Notes under the pieces: model-generated | Seen by the model: the letters and a program-made list of their open reading frames with translations, nothing else | What the model was told of the DNA's origin: nothing | The model's database searches: none | DNA from: the human T2T-CHM13v2.0 reference genome, Homo sapiens | Reading direction: 5' to 3' (one strand) | Assembly: GCF_009914755.1 (NCBI RefSeq) | Contig: NC_060928.1 | DNA: 64,000 nucleotides | Part shown: positions 15,240 to 28,765 of the stretch, in pieces | How positions within the stretch are numbered: the stretch's first letter is position 1 | Layout: every line of letters starts with the position of its first letter | Made by a program: the position numbers and the translations under genes

Positions 15240-15403
15240 GCTGGCACCGTGGCACATGCCTATAGTCCCAGGTGCTCCAGAGGCTGAGGTGGGAGGATCA
15301 TCAGAGCCCAGGAGTTTGAAGCTGTAGTGCTCTATGATTGCCCCTGTGAATAGCTGCTGTGCTTCATCCGTGGCAATATAGTGAGACCCTGTCTCTACAA
15401 AAA
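15240..15403 (+). mobile_element. FAM-like 7SL-derived free Alu monomer
   Basis: Single monomer retaining 7SL-like gctctatgattgcccctgtgaatagc segment, ending gtgagaccctgtctct plus short A tail. Confidence 0.75.
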
Positions 15404-16941
15404 CATGAAAGGGCATTTATAAGAAGTAAACGAAATATCTTCCAGTATTTAGGCACATTAAGGAGATGGCATAATTAACAGGTTCATTTAGTTTATAACC
15501 TAACGCTTTCTATTTTCTTCATGGCTTTGGTGTCAAGACCGGGTTTCTAAAAAATAAATGAGTGTTTGATTTTTACACATTTGGAGCTCTGAGGAGGAAG
15601 CGAGCTAGCTTCGTATCCCCCTCTGAGCTCAGCAGCAGCTCCAAGTCCTTTCACAGCTGCTATTCCCAGTGTGGCGTCAGAGCTGGTGTCCCAGCTGGGG
15701 ACACAGAGAAGGAAACGTGTGTGAGAGCGTGGTGCACTGAGCCATGGGGAGAGAGAAGCTGGGGAAGGAAAGTGAAATGGAAGAACAAGCAGGAGAGACA
15801 AGGGAATGAGGAGGTGGTGTGGAGTGGGTGGTTGAGAGAAAAGTTAGATTGTGCTCTTTCTTAAAAATAATCCTTTTGCCTCCTCCACTGTGCATTTTTT
15901 TTTTCTAAGTTAGCAGCTGCCATCCTCTGAGGGTTGCCCAAAAAGTGGGTGGGAAGGTGGTCCTGGCTGAGATAGGCTTTGGAAACACAGCATACCTTCC
16001 CAGCCTACATGGTTTTGGCCTCTGTGCCTCCCATTTTGTTAGTGTCCAGGGATACTTATGGGGGCATCACAGGCTACTTTGTGACTGTAGAGATCCTGAA
16101 GATGTGTAAGATGGTAGGAAACAAAGCTACAAACAGAACATCGTGTTCAGCATTTTGATCTGATGTGTAAGATATTTCTTGACAAGCATGAACATGCATT
16201 CATGCTTGGAGGTGCTAACTGCCTCTCACACACAGGTCTTGCCCGTTGTGGAATCATAGCGCTAGGTATGTCCATACAGACACTCATTCAGTCTTGTGGT
16301 ATTCTTTTTTAGCTTTTTGGATGTGTACCAGAACTGATGGATTTATGCTAGTGAACATTGTTCTGTGAGCCTGGGACAATGGATGCTGGTTGGTGATCCA
16401 GTTATATTCAGGAAACTGAAACAGAGAAATGGGCAGCTGCTTTTGTTTGGTGCTTCCGGGTAAATGAACAGAGTAGCTTTTCATAAGAGCCAAGAATATT
16501 TGGTGTTGTGTCATTTGACTTCCCCTTTTCCCAGTGCACACCCCTCCCAACCTGACCTCATACTTCTTGGTACATTTGTACTTTTTCTTGATTTTTAAAA
16601 TGTTTTCAGGCAAGATCCTTAATTTTGATACCATAAAATAAGGTTTCTTTAATTTTCTACATGCCATTGGTATTCTCAAAAATCGATCTATATATAGGAG
16701 AAAAGGCTTTGGAAATGTATGAAAATGAGGTAGACCTGTCCCAGTTTAAAAAACAAAACACAAACACAATAAAACTATACCATCTCTTTCATCCCCTTCT
16801 CTATTTTTCACCTTATATAAGTAGGAGGAAGTACTTTGTCTTTAGGTCTGAGTACAAAAGCTTTTTATATTAAAAAATGTTTTAAAACTTACAGTTTGCC
16901 TTTTCAGAAGGGACACTTGTGTTGTAATTTTGCTGGAAAGG

Positions 16942-17150
16942 GAGCATATCAGAGTGGTTAAGAGTGCATATTTGAGCCAGATTACTTGAGTTTGAATCCC
17001 AGTTCATACCAGCAGTGTAACCTTGGTTATTTACTTAACTTCTTTGTGCTCTAGTTTCCTCATATGTAAAAAGGGGATGATCGATTTTAATCATAGTATT
17101 CTGAACATGAAGTGAGCACTGCATGTAGTCAGCAATAATGGTTAGCAGTT
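16942..17150 (+). mobile_element. MIR
   Basis: agtggttaagag...tttgaatcccag...ttacttaacttctttgtgctctagtttcctcatatgtaaaaagggga core. Confidence 0.75.
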
Positions 17151-19020
17151 ATTATTTTGAGTTACTATGATTGCCTTCTTCAAGCTTATCTTTTCCTATC
17201 CATCATACACAGGTAATGCCAAAAACTTGAGGCTAAAACTCTGTAGAGCTTAATTCCTTGTAAACAATAACCACTATTCTTTAAGCTCTTCTGGTCTTTT
17301 CTGCCACAAATTCTCACTAGGCGTTCTTTTGCTTTAGCTGTCGGCTTGGCTCTTGGCTCCTAACGGCATATTTGAGAGAAGCAACCTAAATTCAGTCTCT
17401 TATCTTGCCAGTGAGTGTCAGTCTGCATGTTGGCTGGCAGGTGAGAGGACCAAGGGAACAAGGACTTCAAGGGGCAGAGGTGCTGTCTCTTGTGCTGCTC
17501 TTTTTTGTGGAATACTGCCACCAGCAAGTGGCTTGGTGTACCAAGGGTGTCCTTGAATTTAGTCGGCAGTTGTAATTCCCCGTTCTGGATGCCTGAAATC
17601 AAATAGACTGTTCTGTCTTTTACAGGAAGGATCTCTTTCTGGCTCTTTCTTTGTGTTTCTTTGTGAAATTAATCTGGTTAAGAAGGGCTGTTGGGTGGGA
17701 CAAGTCAGCAATTTGGAGGCAGTGTTGTGCAGAAAGGAAAAATATTTGGCATACTTGTGTTTTTGATGGCAATGGGTTGGCTCAACAATGTTGTGTTTTG
17801 TGTGGTACAAATAATTGTTGTTTATTCCTCTGTGATGCTGATGAATACAAGAGGACTGTGTCATAGTGCTTCTGCTTCTTTAGCCAGTTAACTGCATAAG
17901 TCTCTTAGAGAGCCTTGAGTTTCTGAAATGCAGCTCTCTTGAAGTCACCTTGAAGTGCCCTTCAAATGGCAGATTTTACACTATTCATTTCTTGTTGCCA
18001 CTGGCTATTCTATTCTAATAGTTATTCCATGTTATCATGCCATGAGATGTTATGAGTAGTGTGTTTACACGTGTCATGGGAGAGTTGATGTTGTTGCTAT
18101 TTATAGTGACTTATGAGTTCAGGAGACCTCAAAGGGTTCTAGTGTACTCCACGTGCTGGGGTACTCAGGGCTAAAAAGAGATTGTGACTTAGGGTGGAAA
18201 ATGGGGGGAAACCAGAATACTGTGCAGAATTTCAGTGTGAAATTTACTTTAGTGAAGTAAATGGGGTATAAATGACTGTCTGCCACAGGCATTACCACCT
18301 AAGCGGAAGGCAGGTCACATCCTGTGGTTTGGGATTCAAATTTACAAGGCAGGAAGCTTGAATGTGTATTTGTGAGTTTGTGTGAGTGTGTGTGATTTGA
18401 ATGCACTGAAAAAAAGAAAGGTATTGGCAAGGGTCTTCTTGAAATAGTATTCTGTTTAGGAATTTTTTCATATAGAAGGAAATAATTCTTAAAGAACAAG
18501 GGTTCTTAATACCAGGGATTTAAATTCAGGGCTTTATGAGTGTGAACTCATAAATGCAGAAGTAGTTGGGGTGAGGGACCACGGGCCTACTCTATAAATA
18601 AATTCTGCGGAATTCTTCCATGACCACAATCTGGAGGCAGGAATGTTAGGCTCTTTTAATAACTTTCCCATGGATAGGAGTCTTACTTGACTTTTCATCA
18701 CTTTTATAGAGGTGTTGCGAGCAAGGAGTCTCCATTTTCCTGGTTAATATAGAATCAAGATCCAAGTTATCCTTTATCCTTCTCTGTTCTTTTTCTTCCA
18801 TAGCCAGCCATGCACTGAGCGCTGTTGGTTTTTCCTTCAAAGTTTCTCTTATGTCTGCCACTTCCTTTGAATTCCTAAGGCAATACTTCTTATTTGGAAT
18901 TTCAGCGTTAAGTTCATCCTTGAAATAGAAGGGAGTTATTTCAGACAAGGCTGCCAGACATCTAAAATATTAGTTCTATAGTCTCTCCTTAATTAAATAA
19001 CAAACAAACAAACAATCCTT

Positions 19021-19121
19021 TTTTTTTTTCTAGCAAACAGTATTTATTCCCCTTTCCCCCCGGGTGTCATTTCTTTGGGAATAGAAAAATGACCTTGTTT
19101 TGTGTATCTAGCCAACAATTC
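19021..19121 (-). other. L1 3'-transduced segment with second poly(A)
   Basis: ~90 nt of non-L1 sequence between the L1 tail and a second T run (19021-19029); TTTATT at 19043-19048; unit flanked by CAAACAAACAATCCTT at 19005-19020 and 19370-19385. Confidence 0.85.
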
Positions 19122-19369
19122 TTTTTTTTTTGTTATACTTTAAGTTCTAGTGTACATGTGAACAACGTGTAGGTTAGTTACATATGTATACATTTGCCAT
19201 GTTGGTGTGCTGCACCCATTAACTCATCATTTAACATTAGCTATATCTCCTAATGCTATCCCTCCCCCCTCCCCCCACTCCACAACAGGCCCCGGTGTGT
19301 GATGTTCCCCTTCATGTGTCCATGTGTTCTCGGTGTTCAATTCCCACCTATGAGTGAGAACATGCGGTG
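19122..19369 (-). mobile_element. 5'-truncated L1PA (approx. PA4/PA5-like) 3' end
   Basis: Reverse L1PA 3' UTR: ttatactttaagttctag...ctgcacccattaactc...gagtgagaacatgcggtg, with its own poly(A) (T run 19122-19131). Confidence 0.93.
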
Positions 19370-22300
19370 CAAACAAACAATCCTTCTATTGCTCATCATT
19401 ACTTAAAGTAATGAGTAAAGCAACAATGTAACAAAGTTTCCTCTGCTACTTTCAATATTTTATGTAGTTTAATGAAAATTATAGATGTACTGTGTCTCAG
19501 CAAGGCCACCTTAAGTTCATTTTTATGAACTCATAATAACTTCCCCAGTTTTTGAACTCTTGCAGCAAGTATTATCTACATCACACAATCTGATACTTAG
19601 ATCTGTAATGCTTCAAATGGTGACTTACCTCTGTCATTCAGATGTATGTCGTCTCTTCAGTATTATCATTAGAGACTCAAAGGCAGAGGCAATATTGCAT
19701 GCTTCTTTTGAATCATGTTCTGCAATAGCATATTTGTTGAGTGGATAGGTAAATAAAATGCCCAGAAATTACCCATTAGGTTAAAATAATCTGGTCTATC
19801 CAAGAAAATTTACAACTATCTTGGTTAAGAAAATGCTGTCCCTTTAACCTAAATCCTTACTGAAAAGTGATTAAAATATAAATAACCAAAGAACTGTCCA
19901 CTAGAGTGAGTTGAATCATGGTGCAATGAAAAGAGAGAATACCAGGAAAAGTCTTTTTTTTATGCTGTAGTTCTACAATTTGCAATAACTAATTTGTACA
20001 TAATTAAAATAGAAATTGTGCATGTTTTTAAAACAGAGATGAAAGTGCTACCTGTGTATTTTTTTTTCTTATGGGAAATATATTACAATATTAAAATGCC
20101 TGAAAACATGAAGGTAAGTGTTGGAATGCAAAATATTATAAGACAGCATTTCTTTAAAGAACTGTATAGCTTTCTGAGTTGGAATAAGCCTGCCTTTGCT
20201 TATGATTATTTATTTAGGGTTCATATTCCACTGTGTTGAGTGAGGATAGAGCATAAAAGAGGTTACTTATGGCAGTGATATTTGTTAATTACTGAATGTG
20301 TCACTGAGGCTGTTTGCGGAGTTTTTTTTACATGGAGAACTTTAAGAGTTGGTACTATATGTGTATCTGGGATAGATATACAGATTAAGGTCCATGTTGC
20401 TTTCAGAGATGAAATAAGATGACTTTAGCACCCTTGTCAGGATTATGATTTACTGATTCTGAAACAAGAGCATAACTGGAATGTTCTATTCTTTTGCTAT
20501 TTGCCAATTAGCAGAATTCTATTATTTAAAAAAACACATTGCACATGATATCCTTACTTTAGAAACTACTCCTGATGGTGATGGTATTGTTATTAAACAC
20601 TTTGTATCAACATTATCTTTTGTCATTTATCAAAATTTTACCACAAAGACCACAAGATAAACCAATTATATTTAACTGATTCTACTTCATTTATGAGGCT
20701 TTGTGTAGGAATAATTTAAGTGTAATGGAAAATATGACTTCTGGATGCAAATGTTTAATAAACATGTGGGCTGTCTAGCTAGCTGTGTTCGTTCAAAGCT
20801 GAAGTTGTTTTCCTCAGAAAATAGGGCAATTTCTGTTACCAAGGTATGGAAATAGCAGTTTCTATAACTAGAAATTTACTGCAGATTCACCCAGTATCCA
20901 GAACACATGCATGAGCAACTATAAAATCCTAAGTCAATTATTTGTCTAATTGTACTTTGTTACTTCTTGTGACACTGCTGAATGCCACAAACAACAACAA
21001 CCAAGCAGATGGGCAAAAACGCTTCAAAAGGATTTTAGATTATTTTTTATTGATGTCCACACACAGACACAGCTAATACTCTTCCTTGGTCCTCTGATTC
21101 CTAAATATAGGTTTTGAGCAAAAGATACGCTGGTTAAGAAAGACTGAAGATAGGTAGCTGGCATTCCAGTGGCCATTTCAGTTAGATCAAATGCTAACCA
21201 AAGTTTTCAAAAAGTGTGGCGGAAAGTTTTCTGAGCTATTGTTTGCATGCTCCAACCACACTTGGAAGGTTTATAGATTTTTTGCTCTTCGTGAAACTGA
21301 CTTTGGAAATCTGTCTATGCTATATTTTCCTTAAACCTCTTTTATCCTATTATTTTATGATTCTTTCTGACATTAGTAAAAACATCTAAGCAGTTAATAC
21401 AATAGGATAAATTTGAGGATGTTCTTTGTACATTTTTGTGTATAGGAAGAAGTGGCCAAGATGCTTTCCTCTTCTGGCAGATGGAGAGAAGGTGCTGTCT
21501 TTAGTGACTGAGTGCGAGTGGGGAACCTTTGATTTTGTAAAAGGCTCATACAAGTTCAGATGAAAAAGAAATCAATCAGGGCAATGTATAAGAAGAAAAA
21601 ACAACCTGGAGACTATATTTATTTTTAAATAACAATTGAGTTTTAAAAATGTCATTGATTTCTGTATTTTGGCCAGTCACAGGGAATAGAGGGGGAAGTG
21701 CAGGGATAACACTGAAAGTAAAAGGAGAGAGAGGAGATGATTTATTCTGAGAAAGAAGCAGAGGAAGTAGAAGAATGCCATCAAGAAAGACAATGAGATT
21801 AAAGAAAAATCACTGGGTGAATGGCAAGGGCTAACATCTTACCCCCTCAAAATAGAGCTCTCTATAACTTAATAGGACCAGCTCTCTACATCCAATCCTC
21901 AAACCGGTTTCAAGTGGCCTCTACCTGCCTTATCTTTAGTTTCCTAGGGATAGTTTTTTCACCATGATTTTCAAATGATCATAGTGATTCTCTAACGATT
22001 TTCCCTTTATTCTTATGTTATCATTACCTCTTTGTGTTGGTTTTAGACTCATCTCTACCAGATGTTCCTCCTATAAGAAACTTGGGCCTTGTCTTATAGT
22101 TATGCTAGTCCTTTTCCTAATACCTGATTTTTAAAATTACCAGCATACCATATGATAAATATCTTTAGCTTTCTAAAATTTCTTTTTAAACATACCCTAG
22201 TCTTCTAGCAGATTATTTAATATAACTTTCAATTCTATAATTTAAAAAGTATAAAATTCAGTTTATACTTTTTATAGGAGGTGACCTCAAGTCTTTGTTC

Positions 22301-23279
22301 AGCCACAAGATAAAGCTGGACTAAGGTCCAGCTTTAACAAAGATGCTACCCTGAGCGTCCACACCAAATCCAAGGCTGTCCTCTTGGTAGTCTGCCTGAT
22401 GACAGAGGAAATTCAGAGTCAGGCAGTGGGACTTTTTTGGAAGACAGCTGGGTCTAGGGGAATTTTTGTAAGCAATGAACCATTCTTTAATTGTGAAACC
22501 ACTGGATGTGGTTAGTAGTTTATTTTAAAAATACCATATGTTAGTTCATTCCTATATACTGTGACAATCATAGTTTAATCAAAAGTTGCTTGTGACATTT
22601 CTGTTAGTGTTCATAAAAGAGTGGCTTGCTTCCTTGAAATCCTGAACTCTGTGCCAAATGCCAGCACATTGACAATTACAGTTTGGCTTTTAGGCAATTG
22701 TGCAGCTTTTTGAGTATGTGGTAAGTTTTTATTTATTTTTGTCACTTTCACTAATTTGTCATCTTCTTAAATGGAAAAATATTTTCTCAGCACTTTGTTT
22801 GGTAAGTAGGGACTTTTACTCTTTTCTCCATGGTTCCCCGAGAGGAAATAAGCTAATGTAACTGCTTTTCGACTCTTTTTTTTCTGGCCAGAAAGCCAAA
22901 TGAATGCATGATCTCATTGAGATACGATCTATTTGTATGAACTGTAAGCTTGTAAGCTTGTCATCATCCTTCATGGTCCTGGGGCAGGCGCCTGGCTAGC
23001 CACTGTAACAGGATGAGGAAAGAGATACAGCAAGATCCCTGAGACTTCAATTCAGTGCAGTGCAAGTCAATTCATTTCAATTCAGCTCACTTTAATCCAA
23101 TCTAAGAAATATTTATGGAGTACTTTTTAGGCATAGTCCTGGGCACTGGGGCTGTAGAAATGAAAATTTCATGAAAACTGACATTTTGGTGGGGGAAATA
23201 ACACAAATCAGATAAATTTAAGAGAATGTGGTAATTACTAACTACATCAGTATCAGTATCAGGAAGGATGAGATGCCTC

Positions 23280-23700
23280 ATTCATCCATCCATTTCTTCA
23301 TCAAAAATATTTATTGAAGGTCTACACCATGTACCAAGTACTGTGCTAGATGTTGGGGTGATGATAGTGAACAAAATTAAAGACTTTCTACCCTTGGGGA
23401 GCTTGTAGTCAGTTTGGAGAGACACTAACTAATCAAATACCCATACAAAAAAATGTTAAGTTCTACCTTTGGTATGTACTGTTGGAGTGTGGCCCATGGT
23501 GCTGTGAGATTTGATAAAAGGTAGGTTCTGATCAAGGTAGGGAGGTTAGGAAAGGCTTCTCTGAGAAAGTTATGCTTGAGTTGAGATCTGAAGGATGAGA
23601 AAAAAAAATTTTGGTGAAGGCTGTAAGTGAAAAAAATACTGCAGGTCACAAGAAGAGCACAAAACAAGGCTCTGGGCCAGGAGAAAGCATGATGAGTACA
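23280..23700 (-). mobile_element. L2 3' end
   Basis: ttcatccatccatt...aaatatttattgaagg...actgtgctagatgttgggg...ggaaaggcttctctgag. Confidence 0.7.
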
Positions 23701-23812
23701 AGAGTGGTTATCTAAGGCAGGCCATCAACACTGACCAAGTATGTGAGGCCTCATTGAGGAGAGTTCCATCTAAAAAATAATTTCATTATCTTTGACTAAT
23801 ATTTGAGGAAAT

Positions 23813-24086
23813 GGCCAAGGTGGGTGGATCACCCGAGGTCAAAGTTTGAGACCAGCCTGGCCAACTTGGTGAAACCCCATCTCTACTAAAAATATGAAAA
23901 TTAGCTGGGTGTGGCAGTGTGTGCCTGTAGTCCTAGCTACTCAGGAGGCTGAGGTACGAGAATTGTTTGAACCTGTGAGGCAGAGGTTGCAGTGAGCCGA
24001 GATCATGGCACTGCACTCCAGCCTGGATGACAGAGTGAGAGTCTGCCAAAAAAAAAAAAAAAGAAAAAAAAAAAAAAAAAAAAAAA
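23813..24086 (+). mobile_element. 5'-truncated AluS with ~40-nt A tail
   Basis: Starts at ggccaaggtgggtggatcacc; A-rich tail 24047-24086. Confidence 0.92.
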
Positions 24087-24343
24087 GAAAACGAAACGTA
24101 CCAATTTCAGATGAATAATTATGTGTATTAAATGCCGTGATAAAAGCACATCTATATATAAGGCATACAGTAAGTTGAAGTACTGATTTTTAACCTGAGT
24201 TTAAATGGAGCTTTATGGTTATGATTCTGTGTTTTTTCTCAACATTGTTTATCTGCAGAACCACTCCCAACTTCTGCTTACATCTTATAACCTTTTCTGC
24301 AAATATTTATTCCTATGATATCAGTGTGCCAAATAAAGTAGTG

Positions 24344-24370
24344 TTTTTTTTTTTTTTTTTTTTTTTTTTT
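24344..24370. repeat. Poly(T)27 tract
   Basis: 27 uninterrupted T with no adjacent recognisable retroelement body. Confidence 0.95.
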
Positions 24371-26061
24371 GCCACTAGTGAATCTCAGCAAAAGCTTTTG
24401 GCATTGACACGTGAGGTGCATTCTTATCTTCTCAAGTGGCTCTATGATTTTGTCTATTTTCATGTACTACTCCACTGGCAGCCAAGATAATCCCTTAAGG
24501 ATACCAATTCTACAATTTTAGAAGTATAGAAGGTTGGAGGGGCAATTCATTCTGGGTGAATATTTCAGTAACATTGGCTGTAAATCATACCCAGGCCTTT
24601 TCTTTCTGTGACTCACGTGATGTAAGGAAGAGATCAGATGACGAGGTCAAGAGGACACAAAACCTCAGCCCTGCTTCTGCTCCCTCAATGTCGTCCATCC
24701 AAAATGACTTTACATATGTCACCAGAGCATGGAAGTGTTTATGGCGATTTATACTTTGGTTTTGGTTTGTTAGCTTATTTTGTCATAGTTAGGACAAGAG
24801 GAGACATTTCTGATGCAAAGGGAGATTTTCTTTAGCCAGAGGAATTTTGAAACCTTTATTACTAAGTACAACAGAGTATTTTTGTTCATTGTACTTTTGA
24901 AGTCTGTGATCAGGAAATGTATTTTCTTTAAAAATAAATCAGAAAAGGTCTCAGGAGGGCCTCAATGACTGTAATAAAATGTTTCTCAGAGCACTTTTTA
25001 TGTTTTCACACTTTGCTTTTTTCTCCTTTGCTGCAAGTTGCAGTTTTCCATCAAAGTTATTTTGGATGGTGTTGAAAGTTTTCTCTGGGTCTTTGTGCAT
25101 AGTTCAGAGGGCATTCAGGGAACTGACTAAGCCGCGTTAACTATATGTTGCAAAATGTTTTATTTTTGTGTAGTGCTGTATAACATATAGAAGCTTTCAT
25201 ACACAGAACCCTAACTGTTCCATAGCCCTTGATGCAATCAGAACAAACATTATTCCTGTTTTAGAAATGCAAATCAGAGGTTCCCACAGGCTAAACAATT
25301 TGCCTGGGGTCACACATGCTGTGTTGGGAGTCAGAATTAGAACAAGGTCTTTGGACTTCTGGTCTGACCCTCTATACTAACTATATGGTGAAGCTGACAT
25401 AGTGGAGTTGTTGGGCTAAAAATGAGGAGCCTTTGATAGGGTGCAGTCAAATCTTGGAGGATTCCATTATTCATTTCTCCAAAGCTGGGTATATTCAAAA
25501 TTAGAAAATTACAGCTATGAATAGTTGTTTTCCACTTGATTGGTCTAAAGTCAACTGAATTCTAGAGAAAACTCCTTTGAAAGTGTGTTGCCTTGGAAAT
25601 GGATGATCGTAGCAGTATAATAGCTTTTACCGTATTTGAAATTCCAGCAGTTTAGGTGACAGTTGTGTCTTTCTGAAGGGTGTGGGCAGATTCTGAACGG
25701 GCTTTTCCCGTTGCTCATCAGCTTGGCCATGGCTGCTCTTATTACAGCAGTCACTCATTTTCACAGATGTCTTTAAAAATTTTTTTTTGTTTTTCTTTTC
25801 TGAGTTCAGAACATGTAGAAGTAACTTCTTTTTGGCATATTGCATTGCGTGTCTTTGCCTAGCAAGTAGTTGGTGTTAGGAAATGTGCATGGACTTAAGT
25901 GGGAACACATAACATTTGTCATGTACTATAGACTTAATAAAGGCTGTCATGTCCATGATTATGTTTAATCCTCGTAAGAACCTTGTGAGAAATATAATGC
26001 CAGTGTTATTGTTCCCATATTTTACAAATGAAGAAAGCAAAATTTGTTAAAAAACTATTAT

Positions 26062-26300
26062 ACAGTGGTTAAGACCATAGGTTTGGAATCGTAGTTTGTG
26101 TTTAGATCCCAGTATACTTTACTTACGAGCTTTTTGATGGTGGGCAAGTAATTTGACTGCTCTAAGTCTCCATTCTCGTGATCTGTGAGGTAAGATGATA
26201 AAGAAATATACCTCACCAGGTGGCTGTGAAGGTTACCTGAGTATAAAGCTTTCAAAGGGCACTGGCAAATAATACAGCTTAGTGTATATTAGTTATTATC
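26062..26300 (+). mobile_element. MIR
   Basis: cagtggttaagaccatagg...gggcaagtaatttgactgctctaagtctc. Confidence 0.65.
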
Positions 26301-26369
26301 ATTAAGTAACTTAATCACATTCACACATTAGCAAGGAGAAGAGCTGGGACTTGAACCTATGACCTTTGG

Positions 26370-26669
<300 letters not shown>

Positions 26670-28569
26670 TGACTTTTAACTCCAGCTTCTACCTTGTTAT
26701 TTTTCCAAAATACTAGGAATTTCCTTCTTTCTCTTCTCTATGGCAAGTGGCTGCTACATTAAGTTGTTAGTGAAGGGGATGGGTTTTGGAATAAAAGACT
26801 TGGGGATTCTGTGAGAACATTTGACCTCCTGGAATAAATCAGCAAATTACTTAAAAATGTAGAAACACACTCCTTATTATTAAGAGCTACTTGGTTCTAA
26901 CCCAAACTGAACTTAAAAACATCCCCTACTCTGACTCACATTATTAGTATATGAATACTTTTGGATGTACCAGTTATGTGATGTATCCACTGTCCTTAGT
27001 AGGGGATTAAGGATAGATGTTGGGTTCCCACATTATAAGCCCCCTTGCTCCCCTCAACCTTTCCTTGCATGGACCTGGTGAGAGTGAGGGGTGGAGCTCA
27101 TAGGCTCATTGGGGAACAAACCATGGTCTCATCTGCACTGTCTTCTAAGCAAATCAGTTAGATTAAAAGCAAAAGAACAAATTAGCTTGAGATACTTACT
27201 GAATTTGGATTGCCCCTTGAAGTGTTTACATTTATTTCCATCCTGCCTCTTCTCTTCCAGGGATCCCTGCTATAGCTTTTTGGACAGCCTAGGTAAGCAT
27301 GGTGGCTGCTGTGCGTGCCCACCACTACACATCTTTCACGTTTGCCTGCAGGGGTCCTCAGTGCTGCACCATAGATTATGTCTATGTGGACACCTTCACT
27401 TGTTTAAATGTTCACTTCTCTGATTATAAAAATAATAATACCTGACCTTTACATAGTGCTTGACAGGTTACAAAGCATACTTGTATACATAAATGATTCT
27501 GAGGGATATTTAGAGGTTATTATTTCTGCTTTACATGAGAAAATATAGATCTGAAAGGTGAAATGAATTACCTCCAGAGAGGGGACAAGTATGAGAAGTA
27601 GTTAGGACTTGAACATTCCAAATCTGGTGCTCTTTTTACAGTACCTACAGTGATATCTTCTCCCAGAAATGAATTAATGTGTTGGCTAGTTAATAGCTTC
27701 TCACATTCTACAAAAGATTTGAGGGGTCTTGAAATAATAAAATATGGGTGGAAATAGAAACCAAACCAGGGAGAACACACAATATCCAGAACCACTAGGA
27801 TTAATATTGTTCCTACAGTTGAATTTAATTTGTCTTTGAGCTTCCTGGCAGCCAAGATAAAAAGAGGCACAATCAGTTACATATTTCTTATTAGAAAAGG
27901 AAAAACATGCTACAGAGAAGTGGAGATTTTACTAGGATTGTATTCAAAATAATTGTTTTGCTTGAGGCCATAGATAAGGAGCAATAAGAATAAATGAAGA
28001 TAATGCTCTCAACAAAAATTTGTAGCTACTCAATAACATAAAAATGCATTGCAAGGGGGCTAACATTTGCTGGGTGCCTATTATGTGTCTGGCACTCTAC
28101 TAGTGCATATTTTATTTTATTCTGCATATTTTATTTTATTTAACCCTCATGAACATTTAATGATCACAACTATCTTTTAAAGGTATCATTGTGACCATTT
28201 AATGATAAGGAAACTCATCCTCAAATAATTTAAACTATTTCTTCAAGGTCACGTAGCTAGTAAGGAGTAAGCCAGCAATTGAGATCCAGACCTTGTCTGA
28301 TTCTACAGCCTGTGTCCTCACCATTCTATTCATGCTGCCTATAATGTGTTAGAGACATAAATTAACTAAATGCAAGTATATATAATCTTCTAGTGTTTCT
28401 ACTTTATCCAAGGATATGTTTTACAGGACCCAGATTATAGGTTGGTCTTCTGTAAACATCATTTCTCTCATCTAGGCTTCAGTAGGAGGTGAGTTGTAGA
28501 AAAGCTCATGTAGTGGTGCTGCTTGAGAGTGTTTCCCCAGAGTGTTAACTGTGGCTATGTGTTGTTGTT

Positions 28570-28765
28570 ATTGAATATTAAGCACTTTATACACTACCTT
28601 CTTTAGTCTTCCCAGAAGCCCAATAAGGTAGGTACTTATTTCCATTTTGTAGATAAGGAAAGTGAGGCTCATGGAGGTTAAATGACTGAAAGACATACAG
28701 GTTCTCAGTGGCGGGATTCAGACACAGTTCTTCCTGGCTCTAAATAGCATGTGCTTTACCATTGT
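28570..28765 (-). mobile_element. MIR
   Basis: ccattttgtagataaggaaagtgaggctcatggaggttaaatgact (reverse core). Confidence 0.7.

Noticed and set aside
17515-17535. CTCF-like CCAGCAAGTGGC
   Set aside because: Mismatch at a core G of the motif; unsupported without ChIP data.
28104-28141. 19-bp tandem duplication tgcatattttattttatt(c/t); similar short duplications at 32559-32610 and 43421-43465
   Set aside because: Ordinary slippage duplications, only 2-3 copies and no unique spacers, so not CRISPR-like.
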